From: Eledone cirrhosa
Taxonomy: Eukaryota
Direction: 5' to 3'
DNA: 64,000 nucleotides
Assembly (NCBI GenBank): GCA_964016885.1
Contig: OZ024742.1
Span: 181,474,001-181,538,000 of the forward strand
Part shown: positions 29,530-42,736 of the stretch, piece after piece
How the letters are laid out: each line of letters starts with the position of its first letter
How positions within the stretch are numbered: the first letter of the stretch is position 1
Translations under genes and position numbers: made by a program
The notes under the pieces: generated by a model
The model's input: the letters and a program-made list of their open reading frames with translations, nothing else
The model's database searches: none
What the model was told of the DNA's origin: nothing

Positions 29530-32480
29530 CACATATATATATATATACACACACACACCCACACATACATACACACACACACATATATATACATTCACAC
29601 ATACAAACATACACACACACACACATATATATACACATACACACACATATATATACACACACATATATATATATATATACACATACGCATACATCCAGAT
29701 ACACACATACATACACACACACACACACGCACGCACACACAATACATACATCCACATGCACACACATACACACACACACACACATACACATACATACACC
29801 CACACACAGAGAAATGGCCTCCAAATATATATATATATACATACATACACATATTTTTTCCATAATATAAGAAGTTGGGACAGTGAAATTAAAATACAAC
29901 TCATTCTGATCACATTGAGTTCTTCATGTAGATTGGGCCCCGCAACCGACAGTGGTGAATTCTGTGTGCGAGATTGGGCCCCGCAACCGACAGTGGTGAA
30001 TTCTGTGTGCGCATATATATATAGATATATGTGTGTGCACGTGCAGGGTTTAACATGGATGTGTTGGTCACACAAAGGCATGGTCTGTCAACGAATAAAC
30101 CTGATTCTACAGAATTGGTCTCTGGTCTTTAATAGTAGTGATTCCGTGCGTATGTGTGTTTATATTTTATGACAATTCTATTGGGGTGATAACCCGTTTA
30201 GTTTTAGTTTAAATTTGTTAAGGAATAGATTTTCTTTGTTTATTCTTTGTTGCTGTGTGAACGAATCTGAGCACTTGTAGAAGGGGAAGATTTTAAAGTT
30301 GGGTAGTGTCATTCCTGCGCAGTTCGCAATATGGCTGCTCAAGGGGATTTTTCTTGTGTTAGCGTCCCGGATTTGTTGGCGGTGGATGGTCATTCTTTTG
30401 CGTAATGAGGTGCCCGTCTGTCCTATGTAGTTGTGTTTGCACCCACCGCAAGTTATTGCGTAAATCAAGTTCTCCGAGTTGCAGGTGAAATTGTTTTTTA
30501 CTGTAAATGTTTGGCCATCTTTGAATGGAAATGTTTGTCCTTCAGTGAGGCAGAGGCACGTTCCACAGTTTGTTCTACCACATTTGGTAACTGTAGGGTT
30601 GAGGATTGGTTTGGGTATATTTGGTCCAGTGAGAATGCGTTTAAGTGATTTGGGTTGTCTTTTACTTTTAAGGATCTTGTGTGTTTCAAGAATAGACTTC
30701 ATTTTTACATCTTTAAGTAGGATGGGGAGGTTTTTGTGTAGGTGATCAAACATTTCGGTATTTCTGGGGTTGAAAGTGGATACATATGGCAGGGTGTTGA
30801 GTGTGGTTTTCTATTTTGGATTGTTAAGTTGATGGGGATTTAGGTGTTTTGCCCTGTCTATTCCATTGTTGATTATTTCAAGTGGAAAGGCTCTTAAGAT
30901 AAGGGTGTCTTTTAGTTCCTTTAGTCTTTGCTCCCGTTTAGGTGGATCTGATACTATGGTACATATACGTTTGGCCAAATTGTAAGGAATGTTAAGTTTT
31001 GTATGTTTTGGGTGACTTGATGTGAAAAAGAGGTATTGCTTGGAATCTGTGGGTTTATAGAATATATCTGTATCTAATTTCCCGTCTATTACAGAGATGA
31101 GAATATCCAAGAAGGCTAATTCCTTGGGATTGGATTCCATTGTGAATTGTATGTTATTATCTATGTTGTTTATCATGTTTTTAAACGTAGTAAGTGAGTT
31201 CATGTCTTCTTGCCATAGGATAAAGCAGTCGTCTAGATATCTTTTCCAATTGGCTTTAAGGTGTGTGTGGAAAGAGTCTCCAAATAATAGAAGGGACTGA
31301 CTGTATATTTGTTGTTCATGGAATCCCATGACTAGGTTGGCATATGTGGGTGCTACTTTCGTGCCCATTTCCGTACCTGATACTTGTCTGTATGTTGAAC
31401 CATTGAATGTGAAGTAGTTATTTTGTAGGATAAAGCGGAGTCCGTCAGTGATAAAATCTGTGTTGATGCGTGTCGGTATTTCTGATGGGTGTGTGTTAAG
31501 CCAGTATTGGACTGCTGTTATTCCATAGTTGTGGGGTATGTTTGTGTAGAGGTTTATTACGTCAAAGGAGACAAGAATTGTATTTGCACTTACTGTTTTA
31601 GGGAGGTGTTTCAGCATGTTAAGGTCATCTCGTATGTAGCTCTGTATATGTTGTAGAAAGGGTTTCAGTAGGATGTCCAGAAAGTTGCTAAGTCTGTGGG
31701 TTTCACATGTAGGGCCTGCTATAATTGGCCTGAGTTTTAGGTCTTCTGGTGGTGTTAGTTCAATGTAATTGTTGGTTGAGGTGTCACATGCATCGTTTAT
31801 GGGTTTACATTTGTGGAGTTTCGGTAAGCCGTAAAAGGAGCTTGTATTTCATTTGAAGTGGCTTATATAGTTAAACTCTTTTGTGGTTAAGCTGTTGCGG
31901 TATTTATTCAGTAAGGTCAAAAGGTTCCCCATTGTTTTGGTGTGTTTGTAGTTTTCTGTTTTTTCATAGTATGTGTTGTTTTCTAAAATGTTAAGTGCGA
32001 GGGTCCTATAGTAGTCCGTATTCATAATGACAACAGTACTGCCTTTATCGGCTTCTTTGATAGTTATCTCAGGGTTGTTTCTAAGTGTGAATAATTCTTC
32101 CCATTCGTGTGTAGATAGGTTTGATTTCGTGTGTTTATTTGTAATTTTTTCATAGGGAAAGTTGGTGATGTGTTCGCAGTACGTGTCCAGTGCTTTATTT
32201 CTTCCCTTTTGTGGGCAGAAATTGCTTTTATTTCTAACCAGTGATTCGTCTTCAGTGTTGGTGTCGTTGTGGAAGAATTCCGTTAGTCGCAGCTTTCGGC
32301 AGTATTCCATGATGTCATCTTTCATTTCGGGGAAGTTTGGTTTACGTGGTGTAGGTGTAAATTTCAGGCCCTTACTTAAAATGTTGATTTGTGTGTTGGT
32401 TAGAGGTGTCTTTGAGAGGTTGATTATTTTTGGTTTCTCCTGAGGGGGCCCATCGAGTATCCTGGTATTTCAGGCTTTTC
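28757..32480 (-). mobile_element. Second Neptune-type PLE, AT-rich, with 3' UTR/pLTR and a decayed hammerhead (28901-28948)
   Basis: ORF pieces listed separately; ttgaaaa gatgg..ccatc GAAA ccgg TC on minus; 41-bp tandem duplication at 29930-30011. Confidence 0.85.
30178..32430 (-). pseudogene. PLE RT + GIY-YIG ORF with two in-frame stops (31849-31851 TGA, 30811-30813 TAG)
   Basis: INILSKGLKFTP, IKEADKGS, FYGLPKLHK, SFDVINLYT, WKRYLDD, YKPTDS, CGRTNCGTC, NLIYAITCGGC..YIGQTG; the three track ORFs share one frame. Confidence 0.92.
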
Positions 32481-32673
32481 CCTAAAAAAATATATATATA
32501 TTTACATAATATACCTATACATATATATATATATATTCATTAGCTAAGCAAAACAAGACCACAAATTTCACAAGGAAGACATTATTAAAAGATTGTCAAC
32601 ATGTTTTAGTTTGATGTAAGAAATGTAGAGAATAATAATAATAATAATAATAATATTAATAATAATAATGTCC

Positions 32674-32793
32674 GTTTACAATTGTTTCGCTACTCCATCT
32701 GATATATATGTATCAGATGATTATATATTATAATTGATCTGGTTCAGTTGAAAATAATTAACATATTTAAAAGACAGAGCGGCTCATCGGAAC
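32674..32793 (-). ncRNA. Probable hammerhead, variant core CCGATGA, long stem II
   Basis: gtt-CCGATGA-gccgctc..gagtagc-GAAA-caattg-TA-aac. Confidence 0.55.
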
Positions 32794-33185
32794 TTCAAAG
32801 GAATTATAAATTAAAATAATGGGAGAATGTTACATAATATAATGTTCCATATATTGGTTTTTCACTATGGTGTCTTGGTTGCATCAGTTGTCAGTCATAA
32901 TCAAGCAGTATTCATCTGTCGAGGCTGCATTGTGTGAGATCTGCCTATGGGAAACAATATGGCTGCCAAAGGACATATTTACCTTACTAATTAGGGGGTG
33001 GTTTCAGGGGAAGTAACTCCTCGAGAGATTAGAAATGGTGGGTATTTATAGTTAAGTGATAATTTTTAAATTTTTTAATTGAGAGACAACTAACTCACCA
33101 ATCACTCCCCTCATATCTCCATCTCTCTCTTTAAGATTGGTTACTCTTGAACTGTGTGTATATATATATATATGTATATACCTAT

Positions 33186-33286
<101 letters not shown>

Positions 33287-33289
33287 TAT

Positions 33290-33333
<44 letters not shown>

Positions 33334-33941
33334 CTATACACATATATATATATATAAACATATATATACCTATACGCACATATATATATATACATATATA
33401 TACCTATACATATATATCTATTTATATATATATATACCTACACACATATATATATACATATATATACCTATACAAATATATATATATATATACATATATA
33501 TACCTATACAAATATATATATATATATACATATATATACCTATACAAATATATATATATATATATACATATATATACCTATACAAATATATATATACATA
33601 TATATACCTATACAAATATATATATACATATATATACCTATACAAATATATATATACATATATATACCTATACATATATATATATACATATATATACCTA
33701 TACATATATATATACATATATATACCTATACATATATATATATACATATATATACATATACATATATATATATACATATATATATATACATATATATACA
33801 TATATATACATATATATATATACATATATACATATATATACATATACATATATATATATATACATATATATACATATATACATATATATACATATACATA
33901 TATATATATACATATATATACATATACATATATATATATAC

Positions 33942-33982
<41 letters not shown>

Positions 33983-33995
33983 TATACATATATAT

Positions 33996-34026
<31 letters not shown>

Positions 34027-34071
34027 TACATATATATACATATATATATATACATATATACATATATATAT

Positions 34072-34104
<33 letters not shown>

Positions 34105-34123
34105 TATATATACATATATATAT

Positions 34124-34166
<43 letters not shown>

Positions 34167-34181
34167 TATACATATATATAT

Positions 34182-34250
<69 letters not shown>

Positions 34251-34261
34251 CTTATATATAC

Positions 34262-34293
<32 letters not shown>

Positions 34294-34394
34294 ATATACA
34301 CATATATACACATATGTATACACACACATATATATATATATAGACATATATATACCTATACACACACATATATATATATACACATATATATACC

Positions 34395-34466
<72 letters not shown>

Positions 34467-34470
<4 letters not shown>

Positions 34471-35592
34471 GGAAAATTTGAACAGGAACAAAACAGAGAG
34501 GCAGTACAACGAATGTTTATTAATTTCACGCTCTTGAGAGTGGGGTGGTGGTGGGGAACGACGTTTCGGGCATAAGCCCTTCTTCAGGTGAAAAGTGTGT
34601 GGGAAGAGAGTTCAAAGGGTGTGTAGGGGAGTGGTGGAGAGACATATAGCAAAAAGGGGGTGGGAGGAAACGGTGCAAATGAAATTAAAAATAAAAGCAT
34701 GATCAAAATAAAATTAAAATGGGGTAAAACAGGTGGTGGAAGGGTGTGGGGCGTGTAAGGGTGGTGGCGGGTGGAGTGGGGAGAGGGAGACGGGGTGTCC
34801 GAGTGGGGAGGGTTGAAGGTGGTGTGTGTGTGTAGGTGTACGTGTGTGTGTGTGTGTGTATGTGAAAGCAAGGGTTGGGGGAAGAACCGGATTGCATGTT
34901 CAGGAAGAGGTGTGTGTGGGGTGGGGTGTAGGTCGGAGTGTGTGTGTGTGTGTGTGTGTGTGGATAGAGGAGTGGTGGCGAGAGGAATCCGGAGGCTGAA
35001 TGTGTAAATATGTGGTGGATCGCACGTGTGTGTGGTGTTTAAGCGTGTTGTGGGTGTAGGTGGCGTGTGGGAAAACAATTTTTTTTGGGGTGTGTGTGGG
35101 TGAGTCATAAAGGTGACTCCGTAAGAAGATGTGGTGGAATGGTTAGTAAAATCCTAGGATGGTAGTTGATTCTGCGGTCAAGGTCCACATACAAGTAATC
35201 CGTGAAGAGATTGGTCGGAAGAGGGGAGATGTGGGGTGCGCGTGCAACAGGAAGTGGTCAAGGCAGTAGGAGTGCTGTGTGTCTGTGTGTGCTGGGAGGT
35301 GGTCAGAGGGCATAGCAGCAGTAGGGTGGAATGGTAAAGGGGCGAGGATGGGTAGGTGTGAAAGTTGGAGTGAGGAGGGGGTGTGTGTGTATTAGTAGAG
35401 GTGTTAGTGGGATGAGTGAGTGTTTGAGAAAGGGTGTGGGTGGAGCGGGGAGAGAAGGGTGTGGGGGTCGATGGAGGGAGGGGGGAAGAAGGGAGGGATG
35501 TTAGTATGTTAGTTGGGGAAGAGTGGTCGGATGAGGGGTGGAGTGGAGGTGTTAGTATTGCTAGTTGTGGGGTGGGCGGTGAAAAGGAAAAT
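34467..35592 (-). mobile_element. Diverged 3' pLTR/UTR of the 23081-28595 PLE family, with hammerhead at 34558-34589
   Basis: Aligns by eye to 23081-24470 with indels; same hammerhead; same 3' end at (TA)n; 3' tip also at 43090-43150. Confidence 0.9.
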
Positions 35593-35693
35593 ACTCATAT
35601 ATATATATATACATATATATACATATATATACCTATACACACATATATATACATATACACACATATATATATATATATATACATATATATACC

Positions 35694-35729
<36 letters not shown>

Positions 35730-37315
35730 TATACCTATACACACACATATATACATATACATATATATGTATATATATATACATATATATATACATATAC
35801 ATATATATGTATATATATATACATATATATACCTATACATATATACCTATATATATATATTTCGTTTCTGAATTTGTTTAGCAAGATTCTTTATCTGAAA
35901 TCGTGTGTTGAAACCGATATTGTTATACTTTGGGAGGGTCATGTTGCCAATATATAACAATATATATATATACCTATACATATATATACCTATACCTATA
36001 TACATATATATATACCTATACATATATATATATATACATATATATATACCTATACATATATACACCAGATAGAAAAATGCGTACAGCAAAAAAAAGTAAT
36101 ATTGTTGGAATATAAACCTTTTAAAATACAGCACAAGAAACTAAAATAAAACTTTAAAAGAATATGACAAGAAACTAAGATAAAACTTTAAAAGAATAGG
36201 ATAAGAAACTAAGATAAAACTTTAAAGAATTGGACAAGAAATAAAAAATTTTACAATAATATTAGTGGCAAAATTTTTATTGGTAAAAAATCGAGTTCCA
36301 CATTAATAGGCTCTGGGTTCCACATTCAGAGGTCGTCGTCAGACCGGGGGATCATTTGATCCTGGTTTGAACACCAATTGGGCCATAACCATACCCCTAT
36401 TTCATCATTCGGCGACACGCCTCATGTGTCATGCATAATGTGAATGGACCCATGGGCCCATGAGCACAGATCTTGAGCAGCAGCGGACGGTCTTGTCGTC
36501 CCGCTCATCCTTGATCTTGACCAACCCGTCCATCTTCTCCTTGCATCTTGTCCTTGAGTTCAAGTCCGACAGTCCAGATGAATGCGTGCCACAGCTTTCT
36601 GGTACAGGAAGGGGGAGCAGGAGGACTGGAGGGATGACGTGACAGAGGGAGGGAGGACCGGTGGTTGAGGGAGGTGCCGTAGTCGGTGGTCAGAGTCGAC
36701 ATCTTGTCCCGGTCGTCTTCTCCATCTTCGTCTGGTGTTGCGGGACCAGAAGTGCATTCTTGGAGAGACCTGCAGCTGCATTGGCCAATTCTTCTTGCAA
36801 TGGTCATTCTGACGGAGCAGAACTGCTCAGCCAACCAACCCCAACCAGAACCAACCGCTCAGGGGCAACGCACAATGAGAGCAGGACAATTATTATGCAC
36901 TAATCAAGAAGATACAGGAAACGAATAACAAAATTTTGCCACTAATATTATTGTAAATTTTTTTATATCTTGTCCAATTCTTTAAAGTTTTATCTTAGTT
37001 TCTTGTCCTATTCTTTTAAAGTTTTAACTTAGTTTCTTGTCCTATTCTTTTAAAGTTTTATTTTAGTTTCTTGTCCTGTATTTTTAAAGGTTTATATTCC
37101 AACAATATTACTTTTTTTTGCTGTACGCATTTTTCTATCTGGTCTACTATTTTTTAAGGCAATGCAAGCAACAACTATCTAATAATTAAATGATCATAGT
37201 GAATTACTGACAAGTGATTGACATTTTAAAGTTCTTTTGAGTATAATTGCAATCTAGTTGAGGCAACTGGCTTAATGACAAAGCTAGTAAATCATGAATG
37301 CATTTGAGATGATTA

Positions 37316-37772
37316 GTGCATAATAGTGAATTGGTGAAACTTGTGCATTTCAATGGTGTTACAACAATAGATGTAAGTTATATAGTAGTAATACTTTATC
37401 ATTTTAACTTTTTAGAATGGACAAAAATCCATGCAAAGAAATGACTTTGACTGCAGTGATTCTCTCCAATTTACTTACAAAGCAAAACGTGGTCAAATAC
37501 CTTATCATCTCTGATAAAATGCCCAATCACTGAAAATCGGATGCATGGAATTCCTCATAAAATGCACCTATGAATCGGAAGCCATCACATATATCAATGG
37601 ATATAGGGAGTTGTTCACACTGGAAGACCATCACTTCATTTGTGACTTCATCAGTTATCTCCACGATTATCTCAGACACCCAATGCCATTGATGAGAGGT
37701 GATCCAATGTGTGAGCATGTAACTAATCTTAGAGAAGTTGTTATCGACCACCTGGCTTTTAGTGACATTTGA
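37316..37772 (+). pseudogene. Decayed spliced gene of unknown product
   Basis: GTAAGT..TTTTAG 43-nt intron at 37373-37415; downstream exon is in frame with ORF 37545-37772 but has TGA TAA near 37512. Confidence 0.4.
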
Positions 37773-37952
37773 CTGATTTGACTGATAATGATGTATTTTT
37801 AAAAAGTATGTGTACATTCTTGTTACTATTTTAAGGCAATGCAATCAACAACTATTTAATAAAATTTAAATTTAAAAATGACCATTGTGCATTACTAGTA
37901 TGATGACATTTTATTAAGTCACAAAATTAGTCAGTCAGCCATAAAACAAGGA

Positions 37953-38748
37953 TCAGGTGGCAAAAACATTGGCAAAAATTTGTGTCAATTTAAGATTTCC
38001 AACATTGTTCAAATGAATCATATCTGGTTTGAAGTCAGATTTGTCAAATTTTGACCAATTTTCAATGTTGTGAAGATTGGGCAAGTTCAATTTTTGAATC
38101 ATTTCTTTCATGCAGTAATTAAACTTTTCCAAACGAGAATTTCTCTTGGCCAAGTCATTTTTATTTTCAATTACACTTTGTGGACGTGGAATGACACCAC
38201 TGTAGAAAATGGGTGTACAGTGGTGCTTTTCCGCTATTTTCTGTAGCCTTGCAAAGAGACTCTTCCCCTGTTTTTCCGATTTTGGGCCTCGAATGGGCAC
38301 TTTGTCCTTAATTTACAAATAAATGATTAATAAAAAATACTTGGGCAAAAATTATTGTATTACTTTGCACAGCTTTGTAGTGCCAACGGTGCGACGAGGA
38401 TTCATATCATTAGAGCCGACATGAACCACCAATACTTTCACAAAAGGACAACAGATAACAATGTTGGCGATTAACATTACCTGGCCCTGACGGGCCCCAG
38501 GTATACAACATATCTAAGTATTTTTGTTGGTATGATAAGTAAATACATTTGAATTAATATTTTTATACCTTCTGGTCATTCGATTTCGCCACATTTCTAA
38601 TTATGGATTTGTAAAAACTGGCATGAATGTGAATTTGATCAGTCCAATTGCCCGATTTTAGTGAAAAGTTTTGATTCAAAATGGAAATACTCCATTTCCG
38701 TGCCATCGAAAAAATGAATAAGCCGATCAAAAAGCCGCGAAACATCAT
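37953..38748 (-). CDS. Spliced SGNH/GDSL hydrolase (esterase/lipase), 3 exons: 38748-38569, 38513-38364, 38306-37953 (~227 aa)
   Basis: GT-AG phase-0 introns of 55 and 57 nt join YKSIIRNV (block I Ser), CIPGA (block II), VVHVGSND (block III), YSGVIPR and DMIHLNNVG (block V) without stops; start codon uncertain. Confidence 0.85.
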
Positions 38749-38795
38749 TTTTAATTAAGCGAAATTAGTGGATGCAAATCTCAGAAAATATTGTA

Positions 38796-38881
38796 CACTA
38801 TTCGCACCTATCGCACTATTCGCACCTATCGGTACAAAAATATAGCGCACTATTCGCACCTATCGGTACAAAAAATCGCAC
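38796..38881. repeat. 3 x CACTATTCGCACCTATCG upstream of the esterase gene
   Basis: Exact 18-mers at 38796, 38814 and 38848; the last two are followed by GTACAAAAA. Confidence 0.9.
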
Positions 38882-39724
38882 GACTGTTAATAATACTAGA
38901 AGTGCAAACTATCTGTTGAATACCTGGTATATGAAGAGCAACCAATACGATCGGTCGGCGATCGGTCTTGAAGAAGAATGAAGAATGAAGTGAAATTTTG
39001 GTCTGGTTGTTGTCATCGGTGTTTCGCAGAGATGCCGGCACGAACAAAGGTGTCAGTGACACAAAGTTGTCCGCTTGAACAAAGGTGTCGGTCCGACAAA
39101 GGTGCAGTCAGACAGACAGTCAGACAGTGTCACAGTCGGTGCGACAAAGCGATCGATGCGATTTAAAAAAATTTAACTCACATGTTTACCTATATTGTCG
39201 CAAACTATTGATAGATTGGTACAAAAAATAGCTTTGATAATAAACATAAATTTTTAATGAAGTATTTAAAAAGCATTTTAGCAGTGAAAATTGAAGTAAT
39301 GTTTCACACTGACGGAAGTAGGGCCGTTCAGAAATGACGTAGTCAATTAATAGGAGGGGATTCGGCGATTTGACTACATTTGACTAACGTAATCACAATC
39401 ACAAGAGTTCCGCCGAAAAAATTCGTCGTTTCTGGATTACCTCCCCTAGCGTCACGCTTACTACTCACTCACTTGAACACAAGATTTATTAGCAAACTTT
39501 GATTATAAACTTTTTCCCGCTGGACCAAATTTCTAGATTTTTAAGCCAAAAGATGCGTAATGATGTATTGTTCATGCTCATATAAGTTTTATCTCAGTTA
39601 AATAAAGAAGAACCGCGCTGTACTGTCGTAAACAGACGATTGCCAACGAAAACACGATCACAACAATATTACTAAACGGACTACCGTCCGTTTAGGATAT
39701 ATACATACATATATATACCTATAC

Positions 39725-39770
<46 letters not shown>

Positions 39771-39778
39771 ACCTATAC

Positions 39779-39832
<54 letters not shown>

Positions 39833-40193
39833 ACCTATACATATATATACCTATACATATATATATATATACATATACATATATATGCCTATACATATAT
39901 ATGTATATATATATATACATATACATATATATATACATATACATATATACATATACATATATGTACCTATACATATATATGAATATATATATATACATAT
40001 ACATATATATATACATATACATATATGTACCTATACATATATATGTATATATATATATATACATATCCATACATATACCTATACATATATATGTATATAT
40101 ATACATATACATATATATACCTATACATATATATGTATATATATACATATACATATATATACCTATACATATATATATATACATATATATACC

Positions 40194-40229
<36 letters not shown>

Positions 40230-40368
40230 TATACCTATACATATGTATATATATATACATATATACCTATACACACATATATATATATACATATATATAC
40301 CCATATATATATATATATATATATACATATATATACCTATACACACACATATATATATATATACATAT

Positions 40369-40417
<49 letters not shown>

Positions 40418-40567
40418 CATATACCTATACATATATCCATGCTAGCGTGGAAGAACGGACGTAAAACGGGGATGATGATATATATACATATATATACCGA
40501 TACATATATATACCTATACATATAAATACCTATACATATATATATACCTATACATATATATATACCT

Positions 40568-40602
<35 letters not shown>

Positions 40603-40613
40603 TATATATACCT

Positions 40614-40650
<37 letters not shown>

Positions 40651-40702
40651 TATACCTATACATATATATATACATATATATACCTATACATATATATATA
40701 TA

Positions 40703-40737
<35 letters not shown>

Positions 40738-40891
40738 TTAAGGATACTATTTATGGTTATGTATACAATAAAACCTTTATGGTTATATATATTTTAAACC
40801 CTAAATAGTGAAAGACAGTAATTCATTACTATCTTATTATATGTCTCTTGTGTTGAAAAGGAGGTCTAGTATGTTATAAATCACTAAATAG

Positions 40892-40940
40892 TTGCTCCGA
40901 AGAATCCAAACCTCGGTTTGGAGGAAACAATTGTAAGCAA
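40892..40940 (+). ncRNA. Type I hammerhead, variant core CCGAAGA
   Basis: ttgct-CCGAAGA-a tccaaacc tc ggtttgga g-GAAA-caattg-TA-agcaa; 40736-40840 is inverted relative to 965-1070. Confidence 0.75.
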
Positions 40941-40971
40941 ATAAATGATTTAAACTGAACTTTGATTAATG

Positions 40972-41078
<107 letters not shown>

Positions 41079-41111
41079 CATATATATACATATACATACA
41101 TATATATACAT

Positions 41112-41145
<34 letters not shown>

Positions 41146-41161
41146 GTGTTTATATATATAT

Positions 41162-41208
<47 letters not shown>

Positions 41209-41233
41209 TATACATATATATATATATATATAC

Positions 41234-41268
<35 letters not shown>

Positions 41269-41505
41269 CATATATATACCTATACATGTATACATATATA
41301 TACCTATACATATATATATATGTATATATATCTATATTTATATATATATATATTCCTATAGATATATACATATATATATCTATACATAAATATATACCTA
41401 TACATATATATGTATATACATATATATATATACTTATACACCTACATATACATATATACATATATATATACATATAATACCTATACATATATATATATAT
41501 ATATA

Positions 41506-41858
41506 TATTAATAAGAGGAATTCCAACTTTGTCTGATTTACTCGTTTTATTTACAATCCTTTAATATTTATAATGGTATTATAATGAAATAGTATGATAG
41601 AATATTAAATTCTAAGTGTTAATTGAACACGTACTTTCATGCTTTCGCAATCTTCAGGTTCATAATATGTGGTGACAGTCCAGTTTGCAACCACATATTA
41701 TGAACCTGAAGATTGCGAAAGCATGAAAGTACTTGTTCAATTAACACTTAGAATTTAATATTCTATCATACTATTTCATTATAATACCATTATAAATATT
41801 AAAGGATTGTAAATAAAACGAGTAAATCAGACAAAGTTGGAATTCCTCTTATTAATAT
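41506..41858. repeat. Near-perfect fold-back (41506-41673 / 41690-41858) with a hammerhead in each arm
   Basis: + 41701-41739 tgaac-CTGAAGA-t tgc gaaa gca t-GAAA-gtac-TT-gttca; the minus copy at 41624-41662 has GT in place of TT. Confidence 0.88.
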
Positions 41859-41944
41859 AATCTTCTATACACATGCATACACACCCGTGTATATTAATCT
41901 ATCTATATATATATATAAATATATATACATATATATATACCTAT

Positions 41945-42021
<77 letters not shown>

Positions 42022-42036
42022 CCTATATATACCTAT

Positions 42037-42083
<47 letters not shown>

Positions 42084-42127
42084 CCTATACATATATATTC
42101 CTATATATATATATATATATATATATT

Positions 42128-42166
<39 letters not shown>

Positions 42167-42657
42167 GTTAACATATACATAAAGTTATAGATATATATAT
42201 GTTGCAACTGGTCACTTTTAAGCTCTATGAAGAATTAATAAATTAAAAAATCAGAGCAATATATCATAAATGGCTAAGAATCGCTATGTGGCTGTGGTCA
42301 AGCCAGAAAGAATGTGTTTGGTTGCTTACGGCGGGTAGGCTTGCTGCTAGAAAGCGCAGCCAAATACCGCCAAATTTAATCTCAACCTATCGGGAGATTA
42401 TTAAATATAATGGTTAACATATACATAAAGTTATAGATATATATATGTTGCAACTGATCACTTTTAAGCTCTATGAAGAATTAATAAATAAAAAAATCAG
42501 AGCAATATATCATAAATCATGTCTTTAGAATCATCAGATAAAATATATACGATCACATTCTTTCTGGCTTGACCACAGCCACATAGCGATTCTTAGCCAT
42601 TTTTGAATCTATTTTTGGCGGAATCGGATTGAAAAACTAGATGTCTGATTTTGAGTT

Positions 42658-42736
42658 TGTCTCCTGATGAATCCTAACTCAGGACATTCCTATTATTTGG
42701 ATATCTAAAAATACGGATGAAACCATGGTAGAGATA
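42658..42736 (+). ncRNA. Type I hammerhead in rearranged non-coding unit 42164-43025
   Basis: tgtctc-CTGATGA-atcc..ggat-GAAA-ccatgg-TA-gagata. Confidence 0.85.

Larger units (their letters stand above)
36064..39696. mobile_element. Unclassified ~3.6 kb cargo-bearing element (inverted arms 36064-36277 / 36930-37143, spliced genes, terminal hairpin)
   Basis: Uninterrupted complex sequence between two (TA)n blocks; 33-bp subrepeats in both arms; boundaries inferred. Confidence 0.55.

Noticed and set aside
31849-31851. In-frame TGA as selenocysteine in the PLE ORF
   Set aside because: Not at a recognisable Cys motif, a TAG stop also interrupts the ORF, and no SECIS was identified
38796-38881. 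CRISPR-like repeat array
   Set aside because: Only three 18-mers, spacers absent or repeated, eukaryotic context, no cas genes
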